Source of the DNA: an uncultured Pseudobdellovibrionaceae bacterium
Lineage (GTDB): Bacteria > Bdellovibrionota > FAC87 > UBA2466
Direction of reading: 5' to 3'
Assembly (NCBI GenBank): GCA_964492125.1
Contig: CAZBJE010000009.1
Location: forward strand, 2,202 to 66,201
DNA: 64,000 bases
The position numbers and the translations under genes were made by a program. Within the stretch, counting starts at the first letter, position 1. Each line of letters starts with the position of its first letter. The notes below the pieces were generated by a model, which was not told where the DNA came from, made no database searches, and worked only from the letters and a program-made list of their open reading frames with translations. Below, one piece after another: positions 1-9,005 of the stretch.

Positions 1-1
1 T

Positions 2-973
2 TTGGACGGTTTCTGGTCGGAGTACCACGGCACCCAGGCTCATTCTACCGATCCGGTTTACTTCAAAGATGGCGACAAAGTGGTTTTCCGCGCCGAGCAA
101 GAAGCCGGCTTAATGGAGCAGATGCTGGGATTAGCTACCGGATCGCGGTTGCTGATTCTGGGCGGAGTACGATCGGAAAGCGCGCGGGTTCTCCACGAAC
201 GGCGCCCCGATTTAACTGTTTCGGCCGTCGTAGAATCCCCTGTTTACGAAGAACGCTTCAGCGGTTTCGTGAAGGCCGATAACTTAGCGGTAGCGGAAAT
301 TCCCCCCAGTTGGTTTGGCAACTTCGATGCCGTGGCGAGCCTGTACGACTTGGCTCACGAAGCAGATCCCCTTTCGCACTTAGGTGCCATGATCGACTTG
401 CTCAAACCCGATGGCCGACTTTTGATTGCTGTACCAAACCTAGCTACGAATACGGGCGACATGGTGGTGGCCAATCACTTTACCCACTACACCTTTGATT
501 CGCTCCGGCACCTCCTGCAAACAAGTTCCCTCGCAGAAGTACGGGTGGATGAAAACGCGTTCAAAGGCCGCTTGGTGGCAGTGGCCACCAAGGCCGTCGC
601 ATCGCGACACAACCTTGAGCCGATTCAAGCCTCCACTTTGGATACCATCCGGCGGATCAGCCGTTATTGGTCTGAATTCGGAGAGCGGGTCCGGGCTTTT
701 GAAAGTGCTCAAGCAGACGAACCCGCTTCTATTTATGGCGCGGGGTTTTACGGCGCCTTCATTTTGAGCCAGCTGCGGTTGCCCAACCGCATCGATAGCT
801 TTTTTGACGGCAACGTGGGCCTCGCCGGAAAGCGGATTGCATCGATTCCGGTTTGCGCGCCATCCAGAGAGGGCGTCAGCAGCCCCATTTTGTATGTAGG
901 TTTGAACCCCGATATCGCAGCGGCGGTGGGCGAAAATTTGCGACGCGACGGGCGCCCGACTTTCTTTCCTTGA
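2..973 (+). CDS. class I SAM-dependent methyltransferase with C-methyltransferase-type C-terminal domain (5' end outside window)
   Basis: The ORF is open to the window edge. SAM-binding blocks LLILGGVRSESARVL and LKPDGRLLIAVPN are present. The C-terminal IYGAGFYGAFIL...FFDGN block parallels VVAYGAPAKGNTLL...TVDRN in the C-methyltransferase at 6433-7662. Confidence 0.65.
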   Translation: MDGFWSEYHGTQAHSTDPVYFKDGDKVVFRAEQEAGLMEQMLGLATGSRLLILGGVRSESARVLHERRPDLTVSAVVESPVYEERFSGFVKADNLAVAEIPPSWFGNFDAVASLYDLAHEADPLSHLGAMIDLLKPDGRLLIAVPNLATNTGDMVVANHFTHYTFDSLRHLLQTSSLAEVRVDENAFKGRLVAVATKAVASRHNLEPIQASTLDTIRRISRYWSEFGERVRAFESAQADEPASIYGAGFYGAFILSQLRLPNRIDSFFDGNVGLAGKRIASIPVCAPSREGVSSPILYVGLNPDIAAAVGENLRRDGRPTFFP

Positions 974-997
974 CGCGTACGGGCAGGCAAATCGCTG

Positions 998-1006
998 TGG
1001 TACAAT
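998..1006 (+). promoter_or_regulatory. candidate extended -10 sigma70 promoter (TGgTACAAT) for the 1027-3949 genes
   Basis: TGGTACAAT lies 21 nt upstream of ATG 1027, and the GGAGGA RBS sits between them. No -35 box occurs at 17-nt spacing; the TTGACG at 970-975 is 25 nt away. Confidence 0.3.
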
Positions 1007-1026
1007 TTGCGCAACCGGAGGAATAA

Positions 1027-1821
1027 ATGGAGAAAGTTACCGAGCCGAATCTCACCCCACAGGTGGATCGCGAACGCCAAGGCAGCTTGTATCCCCACGA
1101 TCAGGAAATGTCTCGCCGGCTGAATGAAGCCGCGACCAAATCCAACCTTCCGGTTTCCGACATCATGGAATCTTTTCCGGTGTACGCGCGGCGAGTAAAT
1201 CTCACTCGTTTTCTCGCACACTACGAACTGTACAAAATGATCGCCGACCTGCCGGGATCGATCGTTGAATGCGGCGTATACCGCGGCAACACATTGCTCA
1301 CCTGGGCAAAGCTACTCGAGATTTTTCATCCCGGCGATCGCCTACGCAAAGTGATTGGCTTTGACAATTTCGCCGGATTTCAATCGTTTCACGAAAAAGA
1401 CGGAGCGGCGGAACCTAGCCGATCCAAAGTTTTAGGTGGCTGGAACTCCGCGCCCTACTACCAGGAACTGGTAGAGCATATTAACCTTTTCCATGAAGAC
1501 AGTTTCATTCCACGCGCCAAACGTATTGAGTTGGTGCACGGGGATCTTTGCCAAACCTCGCTCCAGTACGCAAAGGACAACCCGGGTTTACGCCTGTCAC
1601 TGATCCACCTAGACGTGGATTTGTATGAGCCCACCCTTGCCTCTTTGCAGGCTTTTTACCCGCTGCTGGTTCCGGGCGGCTTGGTGGTGCTCGATCAATA
1701 CGGCATGACCGAGTGGGCCGGAGAGAGCGGCGCGCTCGACGATTATTTTCAAGGTAAGCCACCCAAAGTACACAAGCTGGGTTTTGCCTCCACTCCGGGT
1801 GGGTATCTCATCAAACAATAA
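1027..1821 (+). CDS. TylF/MycF/NovP-family O-methyltransferase
   Basis: GGAGGA RBS precedes the start. Family-typical blocks are VECGVYRGNTLLTWAKLLE and HLDVDLYEPTLASLQAFYPLLVPGGLVVLDQYG. Confidence 0.8.
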   Translation: MEKVTEPNLTPQVDRERQGSLYPHDQEMSRRLNEAATKSNLPVSDIMESFPVYARRVNLTRFLAHYELYKMIADLPGSIVECGVYRGNTLLTWAKLLEIFHPGDRLRKVIGFDNFAGFQSFHEKDGAAEPSRSKVLGGWNSAPYYQELVEHINLFHEDSFIPRAKRIELVHGDLCQTSLQYAKDNPGLRLSLIHLDVDLYEPTLASLQAFYPLLVPGGLVVLDQYGMTEWAGESGALDDYFQGKPPKVHKLGFASTPGGYLIKQ

Positions 1822-1835
1822 ATAGGGGGCTGACC

Positions 1836-2735
1836 ATGTTGGATCCTCAAGACCTAGGTGTCGACTTTTCCGGGACCGGAATTCCGTTTTCCGACAGCGC
1901 GTGCGCAAAGGCGAGCGAGTTGCTCAATGAACATGGCGCGTTCGTAGCCAAGGGAATTATCGACACCACTGATTTAAAGCCCATTCAGGATCATATTCGT
2001 AATTTGATCCGCCTGATCGCACACGAAAACAAACACACAAACTTAGAACCTCAGCCCGGAGAAAACTTCGACGCTGGGTTCATGGCGCTCAATCGCCTCA
2101 ATCGGGACTTTGGCGGATTGATCTACAACGCCTGTCGCCGTGTCTTGCCCGTGCACCAGATTTCTTCAGACTACCGGCTTGCGGCGTTATCCAAACGCCT
2201 CATGAAGACCGAGACGCTCATGTGCTCCAACTTCAAAGCCGTGCGGATTGATCAGCCCAGCGAAGACAAATACCTTTTCGAATGGCACCAAGACTACCCG
2301 TACATCCAAGACTCCGAAGATGGCCTGGTTTATTGGATTCCGCTCCACGATGTCGATGGCACCAACGGCAACGTGGTGATCGCTCCTGGGTCACATAAAC
2401 TCGGCCTTCAACCAGTCGCCATTGTGGATCCGACGAATAAGAACAAAAATGGCGCAGCCTCCATGACGCTTGCCAACAAAGCTGTCCTCGACAAGTTCCC
2501 CCACATCGGGGTGCCAGTGAAAGCAGGGGAAATCTTGGTGTTCAACGAACTGCTCTTGCACCGTAGCTCGCCCAACAGAACCCAGCGGGCGCGCTGGACG
2601 TTGCAAGTGCGCCACGGAAACTTCGAACAAAGCACTGCCATCGCTCGCAAGTGGCCTGGCGGGATGATCGAAGGCGTTTCTTTCGCTGACCGCCACGCGC
2701 AGTTTGTGACCAATTTCAACGAGCTCCAAATTTGA
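1836..2735 (+). CDS. phytanoyl-CoA dioxygenase (PhyH) family Fe(II)/2-oxoglutarate oxygenase
   Basis: Blocks WHQDYPY, VVIAPGSHKLG and LLLHRSSPNRTQRAR match the PhyH HxD...H...R pattern. Confidence 0.75.
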   Translation: MLDPQDLGVDFSGTGIPFSDSACAKASELLNEHGAFVAKGIIDTTDLKPIQDHIRNLIRLIAHENKHTNLEPQPGENFDAGFMALNRLNRDFGGLIYNACRRVLPVHQISSDYRLAALSKRLMKTETLMCSNFKAVRIDQPSEDKYLFEWHQDYPYIQDSEDGLVYWIPLHDVDGTNGNVVIAPGSHKLGLQPVAIVDPTNKNKNGAASMTLANKAVLDKFPHIGVPVKAGEILVFNELLLHRSSPNRTQRARWTLQVRHGNFEQSTAIARKWPGGMIEGVSFADRHAQFVTNFNELQI

Positions 2736-3949
2736 ATCCGACCCACACCGCGAAAGTCCCTTTTTTCTCGGTGGTGATTCCCACTAAGAACCGCGCATTT
2801 GTGGTGCCTAACGCGATCCAGAGCGTTTTGGATCAGACTTTTGCCGACTTCGAAGTGGTGGTAGTGGATAACGACGATAGCCAAGCTACCCAAGAAGTGC
2901 TCGAGGCTTTTGACGACGCTCGTCTGCGCCACGTGCGGACCGGCGGGCTGACGATGGCAGATAACTGGGAGCGAGCCTACGCTGAGGCCCGCGGAACCTA
3001 TCGCGTGCTACTAGAAGACAAGTCGGTGCTTAAGCCACGCGCCCTCGCCAAAATCTTTGCCGCTCTGGAGAAGACTCCCGCCCCGGTCGTCAGCTGGCCT
3101 CAGGACATGTTCAACGACACCGTCGAGCCGCCCTACGTAGGCCGCGGCATGGCTTCGCGAGGCACGCAGGTGTTTACCAGCGACCAATTGCTGAAACTTT
3201 TTATGACGGAGCGGCGGGGTATCGCTGAATTGCGGCTTCCTCGTGGAATGAACTCCGCTATCCACGTGGACCTATACAAAACGATTTTGAGTGGGCCTCT
3301 GGGGCGTCTTTGCCCACCCGTGTCGCCGGATTACACTATGGCGTACCTGCAGCTAAACTACGCCGATACAGTGCTCAACATCGAAGACTGCCTGACGGTG
3401 TACGGCAGTTGCAAACTCAGTCACGGCTGGGCCACCACCAAGCAAGTGATCTCCAACAGCTACCTCAAACGCGATTTCGGCCTGGATAGCTACGATCAGT
3501 ATTGGAAAGCGGTACCCGCGCCCATTTACATAACGGCCGCTTACACCTTCAACGACTACGTCTTGATCCGCAGCCAAGTTTCCGGCCGCCTCGAAAGATT
3601 CCCGCTCGATCCCCACCAATATTTTTTGGAGGCGGCCCGGGATATCCGCATGGTGCAATCTACCGGCATCAATATGGACACCGTTCAGGCAGACTGGGAA
3701 CGAGGCATTGCCAAACAACCGAAGGCTGTGCGCCATTCGGTGCACAGTATCCTATCCCGGGAATTTCCCACTCCGTCGCCAGCTCGTCGTTTGTTTGAGA
3801 AAAGCCGTATAGCGGGGCTCTATCGATCGGTGAAGTCGCTCTTTGGCTGGCTGCCACCGTCAGATCAAGCGGCTGCGCGCGGGCCGACGCACGCCACGCC
3901 CACCGAATACGTCGAATGGGAAAGCCAAGCTACAATCGGCCAGGTTTGA
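2732..3949 (+). CDS. family 2 glycosyltransferase
   Basis: N-terminal FSVVIPTKNRAFVVPNAIQSVLDQTFADFEVVVVDNDDS is GT2-like. The TTG start overlaps the stop of the preceding gene (TTTGA). Confidence 0.8.
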   Translation: MNPTHTAKVPFFSVVIPTKNRAFVVPNAIQSVLDQTFADFEVVVVDNDDSQATQEVLEAFDDARLRHVRTGGLTMADNWERAYAEARGTYRVLLEDKSVLKPRALAKIFAALEKTPAPVVSWPQDMFNDTVEPPYVGRGMASRGTQVFTSDQLLKLFMTERRGIAELRLPRGMNSAIHVDLYKTILSGPLGRLCPPVSPDYTMAYLQLNYADTVLNIEDCLTVYGSCKLSHGWATTKQVISNSYLKRDFGLDSYDQYWKAVPAPIYITAAYTFNDYVLIRSQVSGRLERFPLDPHQYFLEAARDIRMVQSTGINMDTVQADWERGIAKQPKAVRHSVHSILSREFPTPSPARRLFEKSRIAGLYRSVKSLFGWLPPSDQAAARGPTHATPTEYVEWESQATIGQV

Positions 3950-3950
3950 A

Positions 3951-5003
3951 CTAAGCGACCAGCGCCTTAAGCCAACGCAAGCCGGCATCTAGGCGCTTAG
4001 CGCCCATCAACTCCGACAGAACGTGCAAGCGCACGAAAGAAGAGTGGCGAAAATCCATCCCCTTTGCCACGACGGGTCGCAGCCCTTCAACCAACTCACT
4101 CACCGCTTTCTCGAGAGTCCAAACAGGTTGGTGTTTAGGTGCTAGCTTACGGAATACCGAAAAATCCACTTTGTAGGACCGCTTATCTGGCGCGGCAGCT
4201 TCGTTAACCTTAACGGGAATGCCATCCATTTGGTCAGCTACCGCCTCGGCCAGATCTTTCATTTGGTAATTCCAGTCCGAACTTCCGGCGTTTACTGCCA
4301 AAAAGGCAGCGTCGGAGTCCCGAGTAAGCGCCCATTCCATCGCCCGAGCCATATCAAGTACATGGATCAGCGGACGCCAAGGCGTCCCGTCGCTCAGCAG
4401 CGTGATTTCGCCAGTCGATAAAGCGGAGGCCACAAAGTCGTTCAATACGAGGTCTAGACGGCAGCGAGGGGAAAAACCGCATGCAGTAGCAAACCGCAAA
4501 GCCGTGACCCGAAAATACTTCCCGGCCAGCTTCTCAATTTCCCTCTCCGCATTCATTTTGGATTCCGCATAGGCGGAAAGCGGGTGAATGTCGGATCGTT
4601 CGCTCTTGAGTGTCCCGTCATCCAAACCATAGACACTGCAGCTCGAAGCGAAAACAAAACGCGGAACGCCCTGCTCTTTAGCCAACTTGGCGAGCTTGAC
4701 GGTCCCCTCGAAGTTGACCTCTTTAGTTGCTTGCTCGAACTGTTTGCCCATGGGGTCATTGGAAATAGCGGCCAAATGCAGTACGGCGTCGATCCCTTCC
4801 AAGAGGGGAGCTGGAAAGCTGCGCAGATCCCCGATGACTTGCTTATGCGGCTCTTCTTCCTTGGCGAATTTTTTGACCGTCCAACAATCCGCAAAATAGC
4901 CCGTGTCGAAGCCCGTGATGTGGACACCCGGAATAGTCGCCCGCAAATGACGACAGACCACGGGACCCAAATACCCCAAATTACCCGTAATCAATATTTT
5001 CAT
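3951..5003 (-). CDS. NAD-dependent epimerase/dehydratase family (extended SDR) protein
   Basis: MKILITGNLGYLGPV Rossmann motif, SSCSVYG and YAESKMNAE (YxxxK). The start is set at the ATG overlapping the rfbF stop (TAATG). The longer track ORF extending to 5075 lacks support. Confidence 0.8.
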   Translation of the reverse strand: MKILITGNLGYLGPVVCRHLRATIPGVHITGFDTGYFADCWTVKKFAKEEEPHKQVIGDLRSFPAPLLEGIDAVLHLAAISNDPMGKQFEQATKEVNFEGTVKLAKLAKEQGVPRFVFASSCSVYGLDDGTLKSERSDIHPLSAYAESKMNAEREIEKLAGKYFRVTALRFATACGFSPRCRLDLVLNDFVASALSTGEITLLSDGTPWRPLIHVLDMARAMEWALTRDSDAAFLAVNAGSSDWNYQMKDLAEAVADQMDGIPVKVNEAAAPDKRSYKVDFSVFRKLAPKHQPVWTLEKAVSELVEGLRPVVAKGMDFRHSSFVRLHVLSELMGAKRLDAGLRWLKALVA

Positions 5004-5899
5004 TAAGCGCGTGGCTCCAGCGTAGGTTCGGTTTCCAACGGGTGCGAGATGGAGGCGGCAGGTTTGGCAACCCAAGGCGCTTTGTTATCCGCCCAGAGTT
5101 TTTCCAAAATAGTGCGATCGCGCAAGGTATCCATCGCATGCCAGAAACCGAGGTGTTTATAGAAATTGAGTTGCCCATCAGCGGCTAACCGCATCAAAGG
5201 CGCGTTTTCGAGGATCAGGCTATCGCCGCCCGCCAAGTACTGCTCGAACTCACGACGAAAGAAAAAGAACCCGCCGTTGATAAAGCCTTGCTTGTCCTCT
5301 GGCTTCTCCAAAAACGAACTGACCTTGCCCAAGGCCGTCGTATTGAGCTCACCGTAGCGGGCGAAATTCTTCACCCCTAGCACGGTGCCCAATTCGCCGT
5401 GGGCCAAGTGGAAGGCGTACTCTTTGCGCAAATCGACATCCGACAACCCGTCCCCATAGGTGACGGCGAAATTTGAAAAAGCCTTGTCGCGCGCTAGAAC
5501 TTTCAGCGCTTTCGCGACTCGGCCGCCCGTCATGGTGTCGGTGCCGGTGTCGAGCACTCGCACACGCCACTTTTCTTGGGTGCCGTCTGATTCTCCGAAT
5601 TTCCAGCTCTCGTCGAAAGAAAGGCGGTGATCGATATCCAAGTCGTTGTGCAAGACTTGGTAGTACATAAAATATTTTTTGATTTCGATCGCCTTGTAGC
5701 CAGCACAGATCACAAAGTCGTTGAAGCCATGGGCGTAATAGTGCCGCATGATGTGAAGCAAAATCGGAATGCCCCCGATCTCGATCATGGGCTTAGGTTT
5801 GAAAGACGACTCTTCCGAGATGCGAGTGCCGAAGCCTCCGGCCAGGATCAAAACCGGGACAGACTGGGTACTCACCACGCCATCACGTTTTGCCGACAT
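5003..5899 (-). CDS. rfbF: glucose-1-phosphate cytidylyltransferase
   Basis: VLILAGGFGTRISEESSFKPKPMIEIGGIPILLHIMRHYYAHGFNDFVICAGYK closely resembles RfbF over its whole length. Confidence 0.9.
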   Translation of the reverse strand: MSAKRDGVVSTQSVPVLILAGGFGTRISEESSFKPKPMIEIGGIPILLHIMRHYYAHGFNDFVICAGYKAIEIKKYFMYYQVLHNDLDIDHRLSFDESWKFGESDGTQEKWRVRVLDTGTDTMTGGRVAKALKVLARDKAFSNFAVTYGDGLSDVDLRKEYAFHLAHGELGTVLGVKNFARYGELNTTALGKVSSFLEKPEDKQGFINGGFFFFRREFEQYLAGGDSLILENAPLMRLAADGQLNFYKHLGFWHAMDTLRDRTILEKLWADNKAPWVAKPAASISHPLETEPTLEPRA

Positions 5900-5923
5900 G
5901 GAAGAATTATACCAAACGCGGCA

Positions 5924-6436
5924 CTAACCGCGATCTTTGTCTGAGAGAATTGGATTTTCGACGGGCCAGGCAATCCCGAACTCCGCGTCATTCCAACGCA
6001 CTGTCCGGGCAGAAGCAGCGTGAAAGGGATCGGACATCTGGTAAAAAATCTCGGTGTCGTCTTCCAACGTCTGGAACCCGTGGGCGACCCCTCCGGGGAT
6101 GTACAGACCGGTGCGACCCTGCGCATCAAGCTCGAAGGACTCCCATTTGCGGTAACTGGGCGAAGCAGGCCGTAGATCCAAAATAACGTCGTAAAGACGT
6201 CCTCGGGTGCAGCGAACAAGCTTCGCCTCTTCGTGTGGGCACACCTGGTAATGCATGCCCCGCAAAGTGCCGCGTTTATGGTTAAATGAAACACTACACT
6301 GCACAAGCTCCCCATTTAAGCCGGCGCGAGTGAATTCCTCACTGCACCAAGACCGCGCGAAAAAACCCCGCTCATCGGCAATCGGCTCCAGATCCACCAA
6401 GAAAGCACCGACGATAGTGGTTGGGTGAAATTTCAT
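5924..6436 (-). CDS. rfbC: dTDP-4-dehydrorhamnose 3,5-epimerase family (RmlC-like cupin)
   Basis: Blocks DERGFFARSW, LRGMHYQ, KLVRCTRGRLYDVILDLR and GVAHGF. The ATGA start overlaps the upstream gene's stop. Confidence 0.8.
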   Translation of the reverse strand: MKFHPTTIVGAFLVDLEPIADERGFFARSWCSEEFTRAGLNGELVQCSVSFNHKRGTLRGMHYQVCPHEEAKLVRCTRGRLYDVILDLRPASPSYRKWESFELDAQGRTGLYIPGGVAHGFQTLEDDTEIFYQMSDPFHAASARTVRWNDAEFGIAWPVENPILSDKDRG

Positions 6437-7662
6437 AGCACCGCCAACTGAGGAATGGGCAATACAAACTTACCGCCCCACTGCCGTATATAGGCACATT
6501 GGCTCATAATTTCGTCGGCCAGGTTCCAGGGCAAGATGACGACGTAATCGGGCCGTGTTTGAGCCAGTTTCTCTGGTGCATAAATCGGAATACGACTACC
6601 AGGCAAAAAACAGCCTTGCTTATGGGGATTGCGATCGACGGTATAGGAAATGAAATCGCTCTTGATGCCGCAGAAATTCAAAAGCGTATTCCCTTTGGCA
6701 GGGGCGCCGTAGGCCACAACAGTTTTGCCAGCGGTGCGGGCATCAATGAGAAACCGGAGCAAATCCCGCTTAACGGTTTCCACCCGCTGGTGAAACTGCG
6801 CGTAGGTGCGCACATCCAGCAGACCAGCTTCTTTTTCGCGATCCAAAAGCGCTTCTACCGCTGGAGCCGTGGCATACCGGTCGCTAGCCTTTCTACACCC
6901 GTACAAACGCAACGACCCACCGTGAGTCGACAATTCCTCGACGTCAAAAAGGCGAATACCAGCCTGGGCAAACGCACCTTGAGCGGCGTGAAAGGAAAAG
7001 TAGGAAAAATGCTCGTGGTACACGGTATCGAATTCATTTTTCTCAAGCATTTTGAGCAAGTGAGGAAACTCGATGGTCACCACCCCATCGGGCTTTAGCA
7101 GCAACGAAATACCCTGACAGAAATCTTTTAGCTGCGGCACCTGGGCCAACACGTTGTTGCCGATAATCAGATCGGCGGACTGTCCATCGGCCACCATACG
7201 GGCGGCGTATTCTTGCGTGAAAAATTCTGTGACCGTAGGAATTCCCACTTCACGGGCGGCTTGGGCAACATTGAGCGCCGGCTCTATTCCCAAGCAGGGA
7301 ATGCCGGCAGCACAAAAATGCTTGAGCAAATAGCCGTCGTTGCTGGCCAGCTCGACGACAAAAGACGACTTTCCCAACCCCAAGCGATCCGTTACTTGGG
7401 CCACATAGCTTCGGGCATGTTCCACCCAGCTGTCGGAAAAGGAGGAAAAATAAGCGTAGTCGCGAAAGATAGCGTCGGGCGTCTGGAATTGCGGAACTTG
7501 GACCAACCAACAGCATTCGCAAACCCGAGCGTGCAGAGGAAAGAAAACTTCCCGGCTATCTAGCTCCGCTGGCCGCACATACGAATTCGCCAACGGGGTG
7601 AGCCCTAAATCAACAACGCTATGAGTCAGTGTGGTTTCGCAGAGCCGACAGGATGCGGACAT
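6433..7662 (-). CDS. NDP-hexose C-methyltransferase-like protein (Zn-ribbon + SAM methyltransferase + C-terminal domain)
   Basis: N-terminal CRLCETTL...DLGLTPLANSYV, a SAM domain (VVELASNDGYLL, LLKPDGVVTIEFP), and a C-terminal VVAYGAPAKGNTLLNF block. The start is chosen at MSASCRLCE; an alternative ATG lies at 7704. Confidence 0.8.
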   Translation of the reverse strand: MSASCRLCETTLTHSVVDLGLTPLANSYVRPAELDSREVFFPLHARVCECCWLVQVPQFQTPDAIFRDYAYFSSFSDSWVEHARSYVAQVTDRLGLGKSSFVVELASNDGYLLKHFCAAGIPCLGIEPALNVAQAAREVGIPTVTEFFTQEYAARMVADGQSADLIIGNNVLAQVPQLKDFCQGISLLLKPDGVVTIEFPHLLKMLEKNEFDTVYHEHFSYFSFHAAQGAFAQAGIRLFDVEELSTHGGSLRLYGCRKASDRYATAPAVEALLDREKEAGLLDVRTYAQFHQRVETVKRDLLRFLIDARTAGKTVVAYGAPAKGNTLLNFCGIKSDFISYTVDRNPHKQGCFLPGSRIPIYAPEKLAQTRPDYVVILPWNLADEIMSQCAYIRQWGGKFVLPIPQLAVL

Positions 7663-7678
7663 ACCGCAAAGTATAGCA

Positions 7679-8551
7679 TCAGAAATCGCCGGGCAGCAAA
7701 GCATCCCCGTCGTGGGAATCGGTGAGCAAAAGATTCGCGCAGCTGCTTTTCCAGTCCGGCCCGAAGTACTCAGTTTGCAAATCCACCGATTTACCCGCGA
7801 TTAGTCGGGCCCAGCGCAGATTCCAGATGGGAAAAGCAGGCGTCCGATTAAAAAGTCGCTTACCGTCTAACGAACTCAAATCAAGCGCATCGAAAAAGAC
7901 CGTACGGCAGTTGGAGCCTAATAGCGTGTACGCATTGCCGGTGCCCAAGCGGTGGCTCAATTCCAGCGACTCTCGCAGCATTTTTTGTACGCGCTGAGGT
8001 TCCAGTCGCAGCACAAACTGTTGCACCCGGGAACTCGCGCGCGCAATCGCTTGATTCGCCTGGGTCTCCAAAGACAAGGCACGCAGAACAATATTGTAGT
8101 CTCCGTTCCAAGCCTCCCTCACCGAAAAATTGGGCGCCTGATTGACTGCGTAGGCCGCCTCCGCCGAGAAAACCAAATCACGCAAGAAAACCGGTTCATC
8201 CCCGGGCAAAGGAGATTGCGGTATCAATCGAGCCTCGGATCCGCTTCGCAAGGTGAAGCGCCAGCTGATGTGCGAGCCTGGCCGGGTGGCACCAAAGGGG
8301 GTTTTCTGCACCGCCACTTTTTCGGCACCCTGCGGGTCCACACAAACCACCCAAAAACGGCCCCGGTGCCAGAAATTCGCGTAACAGTTTTCTTCAGTGC
8401 GGTACAAAGGCCGGCGCTCGGTCGTGTCGACGGGTTGATCTTTAAACCGCCCAGCGACCATTAGGGCGGCGAAATCGTATGGATCGTGGGCGCTCGCACG
8501 AGGCGCATTCAGAAGCAAAACGGCCAGCAGAAATGTGGACAGAGCTTTCAA
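7679..8551 (-). CDS. secreted DUF4105-like protein
   Basis: Signal peptide MKALSTFLLAVLLLNAPRASA. The C-terminal block GNAYTLLGSNCRTVFFDAL resembles the DUF4105 Y..l..NC motif. Confidence 0.5.
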   Translation of the reverse strand: MKALSTFLLAVLLLNAPRASAHDPYDFAALMVAGRFKDQPVDTTERRPLYRTEENCYANFWHRGRFWVVCVDPQGAEKVAVQKTPFGATRPGSHISWRFTLRSGSEARLIPQSPLPGDEPVFLRDLVFSAEAAYAVNQAPNFSVREAWNGDYNIVLRALSLETQANQAIARASSRVQQFVLRLEPQRVQKMLRESLELSHRLGTGNAYTLLGSNCRTVFFDALDLSSLDGKRLFNRTPAFPIWNLRWARLIAGKSVDLQTEYFGPDWKSSCANLLLTDSHDGDALLPGDF

Positions 8552-8584
8552 GGGCGCTCTTTGTACCGAGCGCGGCTAGCAAAA

Positions 8585-9001
8585 TCAACCCCGGTTCACC
8601 AACATGCCCGAAGGGCTGGGAGATTGGGTGATTTCCCAGCGATTGCCATCCGGGTCGATGAGCAAAAAGCTCTTTTCGCCCCAGGGGTGTTCCTTCGGGG
8701 GGCCGCTCACCTTTACCCCCTGGGCCAGAAACACGGGCTCCAGTGCCCGAGAGAAAAGACCGTCGATTTGGGTGGTAGTAACTCCAATGGAAGCAAAATG
8801 GCGCTCGCCCGCGACGCCGAAATTCTGTGTGGTCGCACCTGTCGGAACAAAAAAAGCGATTCGGAACCCTCCGGGCAGAACGAAATCCACAAACTGATCG
8901 TTGGCGAAATGGGGTGTTATACCGAAATAGTTTTGGACGAACAGCGTGATGCGAGGGACGTCGGGAGACGTGAGAACCAAATGCGAAACGGCAGCTAGCA
9001 T
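8585..9001 (-). CDS. VOC (glyoxalase/bleomycin-resistance) family protein
   Basis: HLVLTSPDVPRITLFVQNYFG and EHPWGEKSFLLIDPDGNRWEI match the VOC fold signature. Confidence 0.75.
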   Translation of the reverse strand: MLAAVSHLVLTSPDVPRITLFVQNYFGITPHFANDQFVDFVLPGGFRIAFFVPTGATTQNFGVAGERHFASIGVTTTQIDGLFSRALEPVFLAQGVKVSGPPKEHPWGEKSFLLIDPDGNRWEITQSPSPSGMLVNRG

Positions 9002-9005
9002 TGAG

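Noticed and set aside
970-1006. Canonical -35 (TTGACG, 970-975) paired with -10 (TACAAT, 1001-1006).
   Set aside because: The spacer is 25 nt, so only the extended -10 reading (TGgTACAAT) is retained, at low confidence.
5004-5075. N-terminal extensions of track ORFs: 5004-5075, 7663-7704, 31222-31275, 30155-30166, 36996-37034, 49019-49111 and 55326-55541.
   Set aside because: Downstream in-frame starts give canonical N-termini (a Rossmann motif, signal peptide or lipobox) with better RBS spacing or stop-start coupling, and they remove overlaps with neighbouring genes.
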